Positions 49,242 through 62,656 are shown, counted from the stretch's first letter. The stretch is DNA of 64,000 nt from Octopus sinensis (GCF_006345805.1 NC_043014.1:25544001-25608000), one strand, 5' to 3'. The notes: a model not told the origin generated them from the letters alone. Program-made: numbers and translations.

Positions 49242-49899
49242 AATATATATATATCACACATAAATCATATATTTATGCACACAAATTACATATATGTATA
49301 TCATCACCACCATTGCTTTTACATTCACTTTTCTATGCCAGCATGGATTGGACAAGACTTTTCAAGGTAGTATTTTATGACTAGATGCCCTTCCTGATGT
49401 CAAACTTTTTAGTCACCTCTTATGACAAACACGGATATGGTAAACCTTTTCTAAAAGCTAGGCTAGATATGCATGCATACACACACATTATCCAAACAGT
49501 ATGTATGCGTATATGCAAATACACATATACTTGCATTGGTAGTATGTGCTTAGATGATTTGTTTTAATAAATAGATGTCCCTCCCAATACTAAACGATCA
49601 TCAGTGAAGCAGAAATGGAGCCTGATTTTTGTTCAGTTAGATTATACATGAGAAGTGGCAGAATTAGATGTGCAATACAATTAGAGCAATCATGTGATCA
49701 TTAGCAGTCTAGAATGTCTAGTATACATACATATATGCAGTCATCTGGATATATCTTCAGAGTTAGCAAAATAGAGCAAACTTCATTTCTTGTCAATCAG
49801 ATTATCAACATGTTTACAGATATTTGTTATTTTCTGCACCATACATTATTGATATTATAATTGTGGTGTAGTCATATTAGTCATTTAAAAATTCATATA

Positions 49900-50789
49900 A
49901 GAGGTGGTATCAAAACGTTCCTGGACTAGTCATGTTTAATTAAAAATAACCTTATTTATACAAGTTTTAACATCACCTCCTTCAAAATAGTCACCTTGCA
50001 CAGCAAGCAATACAACAGTCCCAGTGTTCCTGCCACCTTTGGAATCTAGCCTGGAAGACATTTCCCGTAAGCAAGATGAGGACCTTCTGCAATTCGCTCT
50101 TTATCTTGACAAAAGTGTTAAAATGGCGAACTTTAAGCTGCATTTTCATCTTGAGAAAGAGATGAAAGTCTGCAGGTGCTAAATCTGGTGAATATGGCAA
50201 GTGTAGAAGCAATACCATATTCTTTTTGATGAGAAACTCACAAATGAGGAGAGCTCAGTGACAGGGTGCATTGTTGTGAAGAATCCAATTCTTCATGCTC
50301 CACAGATCCAGTCACTTTCGCCAAATGTCCTCCCTCAAATGCTTCAAAACATCGCAGTAGAATGCTTGACCCTACAGGAGGAATTCTCGATGCACAGTAC
50401 CACAGATTTTTTTTAAAAAATGATCATGCTCTTGATTGTGGTTCTGTTGTGCACCTGTGCCACTCAAAACATTGCATATAACTCATTGCCTTGTTGCTGT
50501 AAGCTTATCAAAGTATGCTCAATGTCTTTGTAGCAGACTTCCCAAGTTTAATGCAACATTTTACATTGGCTCTTTGTTCCAACTTCCTGTCCATGACAAA
50601 AATCGTAGACTACAGCATACATATGATCACAAAAACACAAACTTCACAACTTGCAAAGTAAACACAGCCATGTCACTTGGCACATTGCCTCATGAAGGTC
50701 ACTGCTAGCTCTCATTGTGCATGCAACCATGTACTGCCATCTGTTAGCATGCTACAGAACTAGTTCGGAAACTTTTTGATACCACCTGG
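49900..50789 (-). mobile_element. Degenerate mariner, same family as 1767-2739
   Basis: Same TIRs, TA at 49898-99 and 50790-91; HLPYSPDLAPADFHLF on the minus strand. Confidence 0.9.
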
Positions 50790-51309
50790 TAGACATTGCT
50801 ATTTCAATTTTCTTTAATTATAATTATTATTTTGTAACAATTATTATTTGGTAAATACACCAACATATTGTCCACTGATACCCTATATGACTGAGACACA
50901 GTGACATAGAGTATCTGTGACCTGAGAACCTAGCCCCACTTGAGTTTATTAATACATGTCAATCACATGAAATCAGAATATTTAGGATAAATTGCTTTAG
51001 AAAGTCAGTTGGCAAGGAATGTTGATTCATTCAGATTTGTAATATCCAAGCAACACACAAGAGACTTCAGCTGGAGTGCAAAAATAAGCAAACAAATACA
51101 GAACCTAAAATATAATTTTATTCCTACATGTTTGTATTTTTTGAGTAAATATGTTTTTCAAAATATACTCTTCCAAATTTGCATAATTCCTTAAATGATT
51201 GTTTAAAAAATTTGTAATTTTTTCCAGTGTCTACAGCAATGCTTGGTGAGTATACAATACTTAAAATTCTTTCTGTCATGAGCAAATTTCAAATTTGTCT
51301 CTGCATTCT

Positions 51310-51560
51310 AAATTTAAATCCCAGCAGGATCAAGTTAAGGTGGTAAACTGGTAGAATTGTTAAAATATCAAACAAAATGCCTTGGACTATCTGCTGTGGT
51401 TCTTTACAGTCTCAATTCAAATTTTACTGTGTTCGACTTTGCCTTTCATCCTTTCGAGGTTGATAGAGTACCAGTCAAGGAGAGTAGATTGGCAGAATTA
51501 TAATAGCATTAGCTAAAATACTTGATAAAATATTTGGTCTGTCCTTTTATGTTCTGAGTG
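51310..51560 (+). repeat. Tandem tRNA-SINE units
   Basis: TTTGCCTTTCATCCTTTCGAGGTTGATAGAGTACCAG core as at 10395-11030. Confidence 0.55.
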
Positions 51561-52249
51561 TATATAGCCAACAAGTTAGGTTCCTGTGAAAAAATTAAAA
51601 ACCATCAGAAGTCAACAAGAAACCACCTCAGCATTAGTCCATGAAAATTAAACACATACCAAGGTTGTCCACAAGTGGAAAGCACAAAGCAAAATGTCAA
51701 CTTTATCTGTGTCATTCCAGAGATGGCTAAAATATGTAACAGTCAAGTCCTAAGGTTTTATTATAAAGATTACATCATTTCTCTACTAATAATATGAAGT
51801 CTGGTACTACCAATATGTATGAAATGTTCAGTAATCATATAACAGGGTTTTATTATAGTGACTACACTACTCCTCTGTTACTATTATGAGGTCTTGCACT
51901 GCCAATGTATAAAATATACTAAAATTGATTTTCAATAACCACATCCTCACATACTAATGTGACCTTCTCCTGTCAATGTGTGAAATCATCATTAATATTT
52001 ATACAATTACTGGAACAAAAGAGGAAATGATATTATAAGCAAAAGATGTCAATACAAGAAAGGGAACACAAAGGGGAAATGAGAATATAACCTGAAGTAG
52101 TGAACTATATATATTATTACCATCAGTTTTATGTTTACTTTTTCCATGCTGCCAGGGACTGGACAAAAACTGTTGAGGCAGTATTCTATAGCCAGAACCT
52201 TCTGTGTTGCTAACCCGTTCTTGTTTTTAAGCAAGGTACTTTTCATCCT

Positions 52250-53525
52250 GAAAACCATCCGAACGTGGCCGTAGCCAGTACTGCATCGACTGGCCTCTGT
52301 GACGTGGGCACATAACAAACACCATCCGATCGTGGCCGTTCGCCAGCCTCATCTGGCACCTGTGTCGGTGGCACATAAAAACACCAACCGAAGACCCGGC
52401 AAGACTAGTCAGGCCATAACCCGTGGCCCCTACTTGGGACGTAGTCAGTCCCCTGTGCATACCTTCCTTCCTTCCTGTGACACTTGTGAAGACCTGTTGA
52501 GGCAAGTGAAAATCAAAATCAAATCAAATCAAATCAAAATGGATGAACAACCGAAGACCCGGCAAGACTAGTCAGGCCATAACCCGTGGCCCCTACTTGG
52601 GACGTAGTCAGTCCCCTGTGCATACCTTCCTTCCTTCCTGTGACACTTGTGAAGACCTGTTGAGGCAAGTGAAAATCAAAATCAAATCAAATCAAATCAA
52701 AATGGATGAACATCAATGGAATTTGTATCTTTGTGGTACCAGTGCCGGTGGCACACAAGAAAACCATCCGAACGTGGCCGTAGCCAGTACCGCATCGACT
52801 GGCCTCCGTGCTGTGGGCACGTAACAAACACCATCCGATCGTGGCCGTTCGCCAGCCTCATCTGGCACCTGTGTCGGTGGCACATAAAAACACCATCCGA
52901 AGACCCGGCAAGACTAGTCAGGCCATAACCCGTGGCCCCTACCTGGGACGTAGTCAGTCCACCTGTGCATACCTTCCTTCTTGTGACACTTGTGAAGACC
53001 TGTTGAGGCAAGTGAAAATCAAAATCAAAACAAATCAAAGTAGATGAACATCAATGGAATTTGTATCTTTGTGGTACCAGTGCCGGTGGCACACAAGAAA
53101 ATCATCCGAACGTGGCCGTAGCCAGTACCGCATAGACTGGCCTCCGTGCTTTGGGGACGTAACAAACACCATCCGATCGTGGCCGTCCGCCAGCCTCATC
53201 TGGCACCTGTGTCGGTGGCACATAAAAACACCATCCGAGCGTGGCCGTCTGCCAGCCTCGTCTGGCACCTGTGTCGGTGGCACATAAAAACACCATCCGA
53301 GCGTGGCCGTTCGCCAGCCTCGTCTGGCACCTGTGTCGGTGGCACATAAAATCACCCACTACACTCTCGGAGTGGTTGGCGTTAGGAAGGGCATCCAGCT
53401 GTAGAAACACTGCCAGATCTGACTGGCCTGGTGCAGCCTTCGGGCTCCCCAGACCCCAGTTGAACCGTCCAACCCATGCTAGCATGGAAAGCGGACGCTA
53501 AATGATGATGATGATGATGATGATG
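52250..53525 (+). mobile_element. Head-to-tail multimer of RTE 3' ends
   Basis: GAAGACCCGGCAAG restarts at 52390, 52553 and 52899; one terminal tail and (GAT)n at ~53500. Confidence 0.85.
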
Positions 53526-55292
53526 ATATTTCATACAATGACCCAACATGTATAAACAATGACTCCACCACCTAAGTAAACAATGACAAAGCACACAGAC
53601 ATACACATACATATATCCACTTACAAGGCATTACTTTAGTTATCCCAAGGTTATTGTCAAATAATATTTGTCAATGTGTGTGTGTGTATGTGTGTGTGTG
53701 CGTGCGTGCTCGCTTATGCATGTGTATTAGTTTCAATATGTGGAGGAAACACATAGAAGAAAGAGACCAAGGAAAATGTGGGACCAAGTGGTGAAAAATA
53801 ATCTTCACATGCTGAGCCTCACTGAGGAGAGGACAAATGAGTTAATTGGCAATTTGTTGTTGCTTGAAAAGACCCACCCAGTTAAATAAAATCAAGGCCA
53901 AAAAGGCATGTCCTTTATGTCCATGCAATCTGTTCCTGACAAACCTTTCCCCGATATCCAATTATCTCAACATCCCTTGCAAACACATCTGCACACTGTG
54001 TTCCTGTCACATCTCTTCTCTACAACATATCCTCTTGACAGCACTTCCCCTTATCTGTGCTCACTCACTCCATTCTCCTCTTCTCCATCTTTGCAACCTT
54101 GTGAAATGACTCAACCATTCCTACTATCCAATCCCCATCCCATCACATCTTCACCATCTTATCTCTTTCTCTGTTCCTTCTCTCTCCAACTGAAGTATCT
54201 CTTCTATTGCAAGACATGCAAGATAATAACTTCTTATTACCTGGCACTAAGTAATCTTTCTCAATGCTAATCCCCATCAGTGAAGGGGGCTTGTGCTGCA
54301 AGTTAATTGGTGGCTTCCCTACTAGTGGTGCCACATAAAAAAACAATCAGCTGTAGAAACCATGTCAAAGCAGGCAGTAGAGCTTGGCATAGACTTGTGA
54401 CTTGCCAGCTCCTGTCAAACTAGCTGACCCATGCAAGCATGGAAGGAAGACATAAATGATAATGCTGATATTTTGCTTAATAGTAAATCCAGCACTGCAT
54501 GCATGCATGCATCCATCCATCTATACATACATAAACAAACATAGAAAGATAGAAAACAAAGTTACACATTTCATAATTTGAAGTACTTTAGAGTTACTGT
54601 TATGGTGATAGACATTAACATCCCTGTGTGATTAAAAGGTGAACTTGTTGAACTCTTATAAAGAGTAATGTGTCTCGCTAAGACATATGGAAGGCATTGG
54701 AGTAGTGCATGTTGGAAGTTACATCTGTGAATACATTGCTTTATCCCCACTTTGTTACAATCATATATCCTTAACGAAGGATATAAAAGCAGTGATGAAA
54801 TATTTGAAGCTCATGTTGGACAAATGAATTTTTTTGGTATGAAACCAAACAAAAAAATCTTTAACATGGAGGATTTATTGGCCCACATGGTGCAGTTGCA
54901 GCAGCTGCATCAGCAACAACAACAGTTGCTGGGATTAATGTTGAAGAAGGCTAAAAGTACTTCAAGATAGTTCACACTGGACATTGTGGCAAACTCGATT
55001 GGAGTGTTCATTTATAATCCAGAAGAAGGAATTACTTTCCCTGCATATTTTCAAAGATATAAAGAAATCTTCAAAGAAGAATGTAGCATTTGGACTGACA
55101 AGAAAAAAGTGCAACTGCTTTTAAGAAAGTTATCCCCTGTTGAAGACAAAAAATATTGTAATTATATTCTGCCAAAGAAACCAGGTGAGATTTGTTTCAA
55201 TGAAACAATCAACATTTTCTATATTTAAGATATGAGGAATTATGTACATTATTTACATTTGACAGATATTTGTCCTCATCTTCTTTGTTGTT

Positions 55293-55338
55293 AATACAAC
55301 GTTTCCGCTAATATACCCTCCAGCCTTCATCAGGTGTC
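55293..55338 (-). ncRNA. Minimal type I HHR motif (intact core, weakened stems I and II)
   Basis: GACAC CTGATGA A GGCTG GAGGGTATAT TAGCG GAAA CGTT GTATT. Confidence 0.6.
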
Positions 55339-55560
55339 TTGGGGAAATTTCAAACCTGGGTCCTCGTTTGTAAGGTATTTTTCGATGTTATTATTATTAT
55401 TATTCAGGTCACCTCCTGGAATCGAACTTGGAATCTTGGGGTTAGTAGCCTGCGCTCTTAACCACTATGCCATATGCCCACAAGCAGGAGGTGACCTGAA
55501 TAATAATAATAACATCGAAAATACTTTAGGAATGAGAACCCAGGTTCGAAATTTCCTCAA

Positions 55561-55606
55561 GACACCTGATGAAGGCTGGAGGGTATATCAGCCAAAACGT
55601 TGTGTT
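55561..55606 (+). ncRNA. Minimal type I HHR motif (G12A lesion, stems intact)
   Basis: GACAC CTGATGA A GGCTG GAGGGTATAT CAGCC AAAA CGTT GTGTT. Confidence 0.6.
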
Positions 55607-56529
55607 AACAACAAACAAGATGATGAGGACAAATATCTGTCAAATGTAAATAATGAATTAACATTTTATCGAAAATTTTCAGTGAAAGAAGTTCCCTGTT
55701 CAATACCTGCAGGCAGCATTTAAATTTGGTTAAAAATGATGAAGATTTCATCGTAAATTGCACATGATGTTTCTTGAAAAACAATTGTATTTTAAGGGCA
55801 AAATGATAAGCAATATTACATTTTGTGAAAAAACCTTAAATGCCAAAGATTTTGTGCTGAAAATACAAATTTATTTGGAACAGACTGGATGGAATTATTT
55901 AACTTATCATAAAATTTTTTTGTAAAAGTGTGAATTGTTCTTCCACCAGTACAAATAAGGCATCGGAGGAATTAAATGAAGAATTATAATATTTTTCCTG
56001 AAGTTTATCTGATGAATTGTCTTTGACCAAAACAAAGGTAAAGTTTCAAGTAAAAGAAAATTCTATACCAAAAATTAAACCAAAAAGGATTGTACATTTG
56101 CAGTGTTGAAACAAGTTAATGATAGACTTGAAAAGCTTGGAGTTATTGAAAAAATTGATTACACTGAATGGGCATTCCCAACAGTTTACGCCAAGAGAAA
56201 AAATAAAATAAAATCTGGGTATGTGCTGATCTTTCAATAGGGTTAAATGAATGTTTGATGCCATATAATTATCTTTTACCAAGTCCAAAAGAAATTTTCT
56301 CGAAGTTGAATGAAGGAAAATTTTTTCAAAGTTGAACCTATCTGAAGCATACCTGCAGGTACAAATTGATGAGGAATGTTCAAAATTATTAACGATAAAT
56401 ACCCATAAAGAACTGTATGAATTTAATCAACTTCCTTTTGGTATAAAGGTAGCACCAGTATTTTCCAACAAGTTATGGATACTATGTTCACAGGTTCATA
56501 TTTTACAATAGCTTACCATGTCAACATTT

Positions 56530-56985
56530 TTTTATTCTTTTACTTGTTTCAGTCATTAGACTGCAGCCATGCCAGGGCACCACCTTGAAGAAGTTTAGTT
56601 GAATAAATCAATCCCAGTACTTTTAAGCCTGGTACTTATTCTATTGCTCTCTTTAGCCGAACCGCTAAGTTACAGGGATATAAACGCACCAACACCCTGT
56701 TGTCAAGTGGTGGTGAGGGATAGGCACACAAATATACACTTATATATATATGTGTGTGTGTATATATTTATATATCATCATCATCATCATCGTCGTTTAG
56801 CGTCGATATATATATATACATACACAAGTGGCTTCTTTTAGTTTCCGTCTATCAAATCCACTCATAAGAATTTGATCGGCCCAAGGCTATAGTAGAAGAC
56901 ACTTGTCCAAGGTGCCATGCAATGGAACTGAGCCTGGAACCATATGGTTGGGAAGCAAGCTTCTTACCACACAGCCTCTCTTGCA
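56530..56985 (-). mobile_element. tRNA-derived SINE inserted in the Gypsy RT
   Basis: Minus strand GGCTGTGTGGTAAGAAGCTTGCTTCCCAACC...CCTTGGACAAGTGTCTTCTACTATAGCC. Confidence 0.75.
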
Positions 56986-59171
56986 CCTCATAAAAAGTGA
57001 ATCTTGTGGTCAACGTGTTAAAAAGGTCTTTGAAAAAATAAAAGATTATGGGTTTAAGCTCAATGAAGAAAAGTGTGAATTTTTTTATGCCAAGAATAAA
57101 ATATCTAGGGCAGATTATTGAAGAAAATGGATGTTGACCAGACCCATCAAGGGTGAGTGTAATAAAAAATATGTCTCCCTCGACAAACATTACAATGCTA
57201 CAGCTATTTTGGTGGCCCATAAATTACTACCAGGGATACATACCAAATAAGCATGATTTGAGAGCACCCCTGAATAAATAGTTAAAAAAAGACGTTAAGT
57301 GGAACTGGTTGGACAAGTGCCAAAATGTTTTAGAAGAAATTTTGTGCACCGTTGAGCATGAATTACCTGTCAAATTGGAGGAAATAAAAATTAAGGCAGA
57401 GATGGACAAGTTTATCATGAAAATGAAAAAATAGTGGGATCTGAAGAAACACATAAAAAAATGTGTTGCTGGACATAACACCATTTTGAACTTGTATTTG
57501 ATATGTGATAATGTGTTTATGTATGCACAGTGAGCCGTAATGCCTGTCTCACTACAAAATCAAATGTTAAAGAAATTTCACATCACACTGAACATTCAGG
57601 AATTTCTAGGATGAAGTCACTTATAAGGAATTATGTTTACTGGCCAAAACTGGATCCAGGTATTGAGAAGTTGATAAAATCCTGCAGAGGTTGTGTTCTT
57701 GCAGCGAAATCACCATCTACAAAATATCAACCTTGGCCCAAGACTGATATTCCATGGACCAGGCTACACATAGACTTTGCAGGACTATTAAATGGATCAT
57801 ATTATCTAACAGTGGTAGATAGCTATACAAAACGGCCAGAAATGTGTAAATGTAGAAAACCAACCTCCACGGTTACAGTGGATTTTCTACATGAACTTTT
57901 TGCAAGGTATGGTATTCTATACACCATAGTCTCCAATAATGGTACACAATTTACTGCAAGTGAATTTAAGACATTTTGCAAGATGTTCTGAATTCAACAT
58001 ATCACTACTCCTCCCTATCACCCAAGATTGAATGGACAAACTGAACACTTTGTAGACACGTTCAAAAGGGTAATAGTGAAATCCAGAAATGAAGTAAAGG
58101 ATGATGTAGCATTGCAACAATTCCTGAGAGTTTACTGTGTAATGCCAAATCTATGTTGCCTGTTGGACTGTATTTCGTAAGAAATAATAGGTCAATTTTT
58201 GACAGATTATTACCTGGAAGGAAAAAAAAAGGGGAAAATGCTATAAATATGACCAAGTATTTAAAAACTGGTGATAAAATGTTTTTCAGAGTGTACAGAA
58301 ATGGATAATAAGGTTGGGAAGATGGCAAAATAATAAAATGTATCTGTAAAATGATGTACAAGTGAAAGGTTCAAAATGGTAGCATAAAAGACACTGAAAG
58401 GGTTTGCTGAAGAAAGAGTTACAAGGAAAGTAGTACTCATGGAAGTTCTCTACAATGTTTTTGATGCGCTGAGCCACAAGAAATCGTCAAACCAAGGTGT
58501 ACAAGAAAAAGAAAACATACAGAACTGCTGGAGGTAGTTCCAAAACGAAAAAAATATTGAGCTTCTAAGGGAAGTAAATCTCTAATAGGTGTGGTGTGAA
58601 AAAAAAAAAAATCTATTCACTTCTAACATAGAAGAGCTCCCAGGGGCAGCCTGTCTTGAATTCCTGAGAAGTCAATCTCAAAAGGAAAGATGTTGCTGTG
58701 ATAGACATTAACACTCCTGTGTGATTAAAAAGTGAACTTGTTATGAAGAGTAACATGTCATGTTGAGACTGTGGAAGGCACTGGAGTCTCATATGTTGGT
58801 AGTCAGAAGTTACGCCTGTGAATACATTCCTTTACCCCCACTTTGTTAAATTCATATATCCTCAACCAAGGATACAAAAGTTACCTATCAAATTTTGCTG
58901 TCTTCTCAGAACATTAAGCTATAATCCATAAATTTTGAAAATTAGTGTCATGATATGTCATATATAGCATGCAAACAACATCACTTGCTGAATATACATT
59001 TACTAAGGTCTGTGGTTATTGTATGAAGATTAACACAGAAGAACAAGGCTTTTCACCTACCTTTAAGGACCAGAATGTGTCAATTGACGCAAAGATATTT
59101 TTCAATTTGAAAGAAAAAAAAAGGAAGAGGTAGAAAACCTTTATTAAATGCATAAATGTATTGAATTTTAT

Positions 59172-60925
59172 AGGGTGCCCCAATTCCTTATCTGGTGGTC
59201 AATGAGGAAACTAGGGATAGATAAATGGTTAGTGAGAGCTGTGCAAGCCATGTACAGGGATGCTGTCAGTAAGGTGAGGGTTGGCAATGCATACAGTGAA
59301 GAATTCTGGGTAGAGGTAGGGGTCCATCAAAGTTCAGTCCTTAGTCCCCTCCTATTTATCATAGTCCTCTGGGTAATAACAGAGGAATTTAAAACAGGAT
59401 GCCCCTGGCAGCTCCTCTATGCTGATGACCTTGCTCTAATTGCTGAGTCACTATCAGAACTAGAGAAGTTTCAGGTGTGGAAACAGGGATTAGAATCAAA
59501 GGGCCTTAGAGTCAACCTAGCTAAAACCAAAGTCCTAATAAGTAGGAAGGCAGACAAACCACAAATCCCTTCAGGCCTTGCTCGATCTGTAGAAAAGGCG
59601 TAGCTAGAAACTCTTTAAGATGTACCCAGTATAAGCTATGGACACATAAAAGGTGCAGCAATATCAAATGAAGGCTAACTGGGAAGATAGTTTTTGTATG
59701 TGGCAAATGCTCAGGAGCAATAAATACTGAAAATGTGCAGAGAACAACTTCCACCACATTTCAGGGAGAAAAACTAGAAGTAGTTGATAGCTTCCGTTAC
59801 CTAGGTGACCAAGTCAGTAGTGGGGGAGGGTGCACTGATAGTGTAGCTGCTAGAATAAGAATAGCCTGGGCGAAGTTCAGAGAGCTCTTACTTCTGCTGG
59901 TGACAAAGGGCCTCTCACTCAAAGTAAAAATTAGACTGTATGATGCATGTGTATGAACAGTTATGCTACATGGCAGTGAAACATGGGCCGTGACTGCTGA
60001 GGACATTTGTAAGCTCACAAGGAATGAAGCCAATATGCTCCGATGGATGTGTAATGTCAGTGTGCATACTCAACAGAGTGTAAGTACCTTGAGAGAAAAG
60101 TTAGACCTAAGAAGCATCAGATGTGATGTGCAAGAGAGATGACTGCGCTGGTATGGTCATGTGGCGAGAATAGATGAGGATAGCTGGGTGAAAAGAAGTG
60201 CCACATCCTAGTGGTTGAGGGAACCTGTGGAAGAGGTAGACCCAGGAAGACCTAGGATGAGGTGGTGAAGGACAACCTTCGAACATTAGGCCTCACCGAG
60301 GCAATGACAAGTGACCAAGACCTTTGAAAATATGCTGTGCGTGAGAAGACCCGGCAAGCCAAGTGAGGCTATAACCCATGGCTTATGCCAGCCCACTTAT
60401 GCGTACCTTTCCTTCATTGGACACTAAACTATGCTTGCGAAGACCAGTTGAGGCAAGTGAAATCAAAATCAAATTTGATGACTGGCATCTGTGCTAGTGG
60501 AGCGCTAAGAGCACCATCCAAGCGTGATCTTTGCCAGAGCAGCTGACTGGCTTCCGTGCTAGTGGCACGTAAAAAGCACTATTTGAGCATGATCGTTACC
60601 AACATCGCCTCACTGGCACGTGAAAAAACATTCGAGCAAAGTAATTGCCAGTGCCGCTGCACTGGCACCTGTGCAGATGGCACGTAAAAAACACAATTTG
60701 AGAGTGGCCATTGTCAGTACCGTCTGACTGGCCCTCGTGCAGGTGGCACGTAAAAGCACCCACTACACTCTTGGAGTGGTTGGTGTTAGGAAGGGCATCC
60801 AGCTGTAGAAACTCTGCCAGATCAGATTGCAGCCTGGTGCTGCCATCTGGTTTGCCAGCTCTCAGTCAAATCATCCAACCCGTGCCAGCATGGAAAGCGG
60901 ACGTTAAACAATGATGATGATGATG
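59172..60925 (+). mobile_element. 5'-truncated RTE LINE with a diverged 3' minisatellite
   Basis: LIWWSMRKLG...LYADD ORF pieces; about four diverged 3' UTR units; (GAT)n tail. Confidence 0.9.
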
Positions 60926-62159
60926 ACTTCATGATGATATTAGTTGCAATAGTTTGGTATATTGAAAGAAATTCATCCTTACAAAATATTTTTAAAAGAT
61001 AATTGAAATTCTAAACATTCATCGCAATGTTTTAGTGCACATTTGTCACACAGAGGTTTTTTACACACACCAGACATTTCTTTGGTTCTGTTGTGGCATT
61101 TTGTTTTCACACTTGTACGTCTGACTTTAATTCTAGAGGTTGATGTTTCCTCAATTGGGCATTTGATAGTACATGAATGACCATGAGGTGAATCACCACA
61201 AAGTTCTTAAGCAACTTTTTGCATATATTCCCATCAACTGATGACAGAGTTGCAAACACCTGTGTATATACCCAACTGTTTATAAGAGCAACATACAAAA
61301 TATTATGAAAAATGTGCATTGGCCATCATCTAATGCTTGAATGAATAAAGCTTTGCCATTAGGTCAAACACGTATACGCTTAAGTTATTTTTTTATAATT
61401 TTTTTTGTTAAATTAGTTTGGTGTCAGAAGGAACTCAAAACAACAACAGACATTGATTTTTTGCACTGGTATGATGTAAGTGTGTCAACAGGCTTCCCTG
61501 TGGATTTTACAACCAGTTTCATGGACTAGTTTCACCTGTTTTACTACTTCTAGTAAGTCACTTCTGTTCTGATGAATTGTTCTGATTAAACTGTTTTGTT
61601 GTGCCAGCTGTAAAGGCTATACAATTACTGAATATCTAAAATGTCACATATATTTATAAACAAAAGTAGGTGCAAGTTTCAAAAGTTACCAATTAATCAA
61701 TTGATGCATGTGGTCCTTATAAGTAGTAAATAGTAATAAGTGTTATTACAGTTGGTGCAAACAACCTAAAATCTTTAGTGTATATACATAAAAAACTATG
61801 GAAAGTCAAGCACAAAGATATCAAAAACTACAATAGTTTTTGAATTGTGTGCAATTAAGATTTCAAGATACGTCAATTGACACACTTGGTCCTTCTAGTG
61901 TTAAGTTGCCCCAGGGAGCTTTAAAGGGCAACAAGCTATACTTTATTCACAACACATAAGATTAAATGGCAAAGTAAATACATACATGCCGACGACCGCT
62001 TTGTTCAAAGCCTCCCTTGACCTCAACTGGCCTGAACTCTTTACATGAACACCACCCTGTACTTAACTCCATGTCCCCCTACATGGCCTTGCTATTTGCT
62101 TTTGAGCCAAATTAACTAACTAACTAACTAACTAACACATATATATATATATATGTTAG

Positions 62160-62420
62160 TTAGAGAATGTGTGTCTATCTGTGTGAATCCCTAAAACAAC
62201 CAATTTCATTCAAATTTTACACACGCCTTACTTAGGGTCCATGTAGTGTCATGGGCAAAAAAAGTTTTTAACTTTTTGCCTGGGGCAAGCCCACAGCAAT
62301 ATCATATCTTCTCCACTATTTCAGTATTATGTGTCAAAAGTGAAACAAAAACATATCTCTATTGTAATGTCAGATACTTTCACTTTAATACTGAAACTAT
62401 TAAAGTCAAACTATTATATA
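62160..62420 (+). mobile_element. Helitron-like fragment, same family as 14907-15190
   Basis: Shared GAGAATGTGTGTCTATCTGT...GCAATATCATATCTTCTCCACTATTTCAGTATTATGTGTCAAAAGTGAAAC. Confidence 0.55.
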
Positions 62421-62621
62421 AGAGGGATGAACCATTAACAGTGGACATCCATTTTGCTAGAAGATCCGCTATGGTCTTATATGCTACACCACTGGTTTTA
62501 AATTCATATTAATCAAACTAATATTCAATTTTTCACCCTTATTATTTTAAATTTAAATTTACGTATATATATATATATATATATATATAGATATATAGAT
62601 GTATACATATAGATGTGTGTG

Positions 62622-62651
<30 letters not shown>

Positions 62652-62656
<5 letters not shown>

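Larger units (their letters stand above)
55219..55655. mobile_element. tRNA-headed SINE with an HHR-bearing body plus an inverted 3'-truncated copy
   Basis: tRNA-like head on the minus strand (~55480-55405; TGGCATAGTGG, GTTCGATTCC). Arms 55247-55417 / 55486-55655. 12-bp TSD AATCAACATTTT (55207-18) / AATTAACATTTT (55656-67); the gag frame rejoins across it (ETINILSKIFSERSSLFN). Confidence 0.85.
54598..58879 (+). mobile_element. Degenerate Gypsy/Ty3 LTR retrotransposon (Mag / K02A2.6-like)
   Basis: Diverged ~190-bp LTRs 54598-54788 and 58691-58879; 5-bp TSD GTTAC (54593-97, 58880-84); transition-decayed PBS GCAGTGATGAA; purine tract 58680-90. Gag TFPAYFQRY, RT LPFGIK, integrase HSGISRMKS...WTRLHIDFAG...VVDSY. 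Confidence 0.9.

Noticed and set aside
55405-55480. Functional tRNA gene
   Set aside because: A and B boxes are present, but the acceptor and anticodon stems do not pair properly and it is fused to a repeat body with a TSD.
61417-61475. Plus-strand exon candidate (AG...GTAAGT, WCQKELKTTTDIDFLHWYD)
   Set aside because: Isolated, with no recognisable homology and no partner exons; splice-like motifs are common in AT-rich DNA.
62113-62162. Telomere-like or hairpin signal in (TAAC)n...GTTAGTTAG
   Set aside because: Short tetranucleotide microsatellite, not TTAGGG; the small dyad is unremarkable beside (TA)n.
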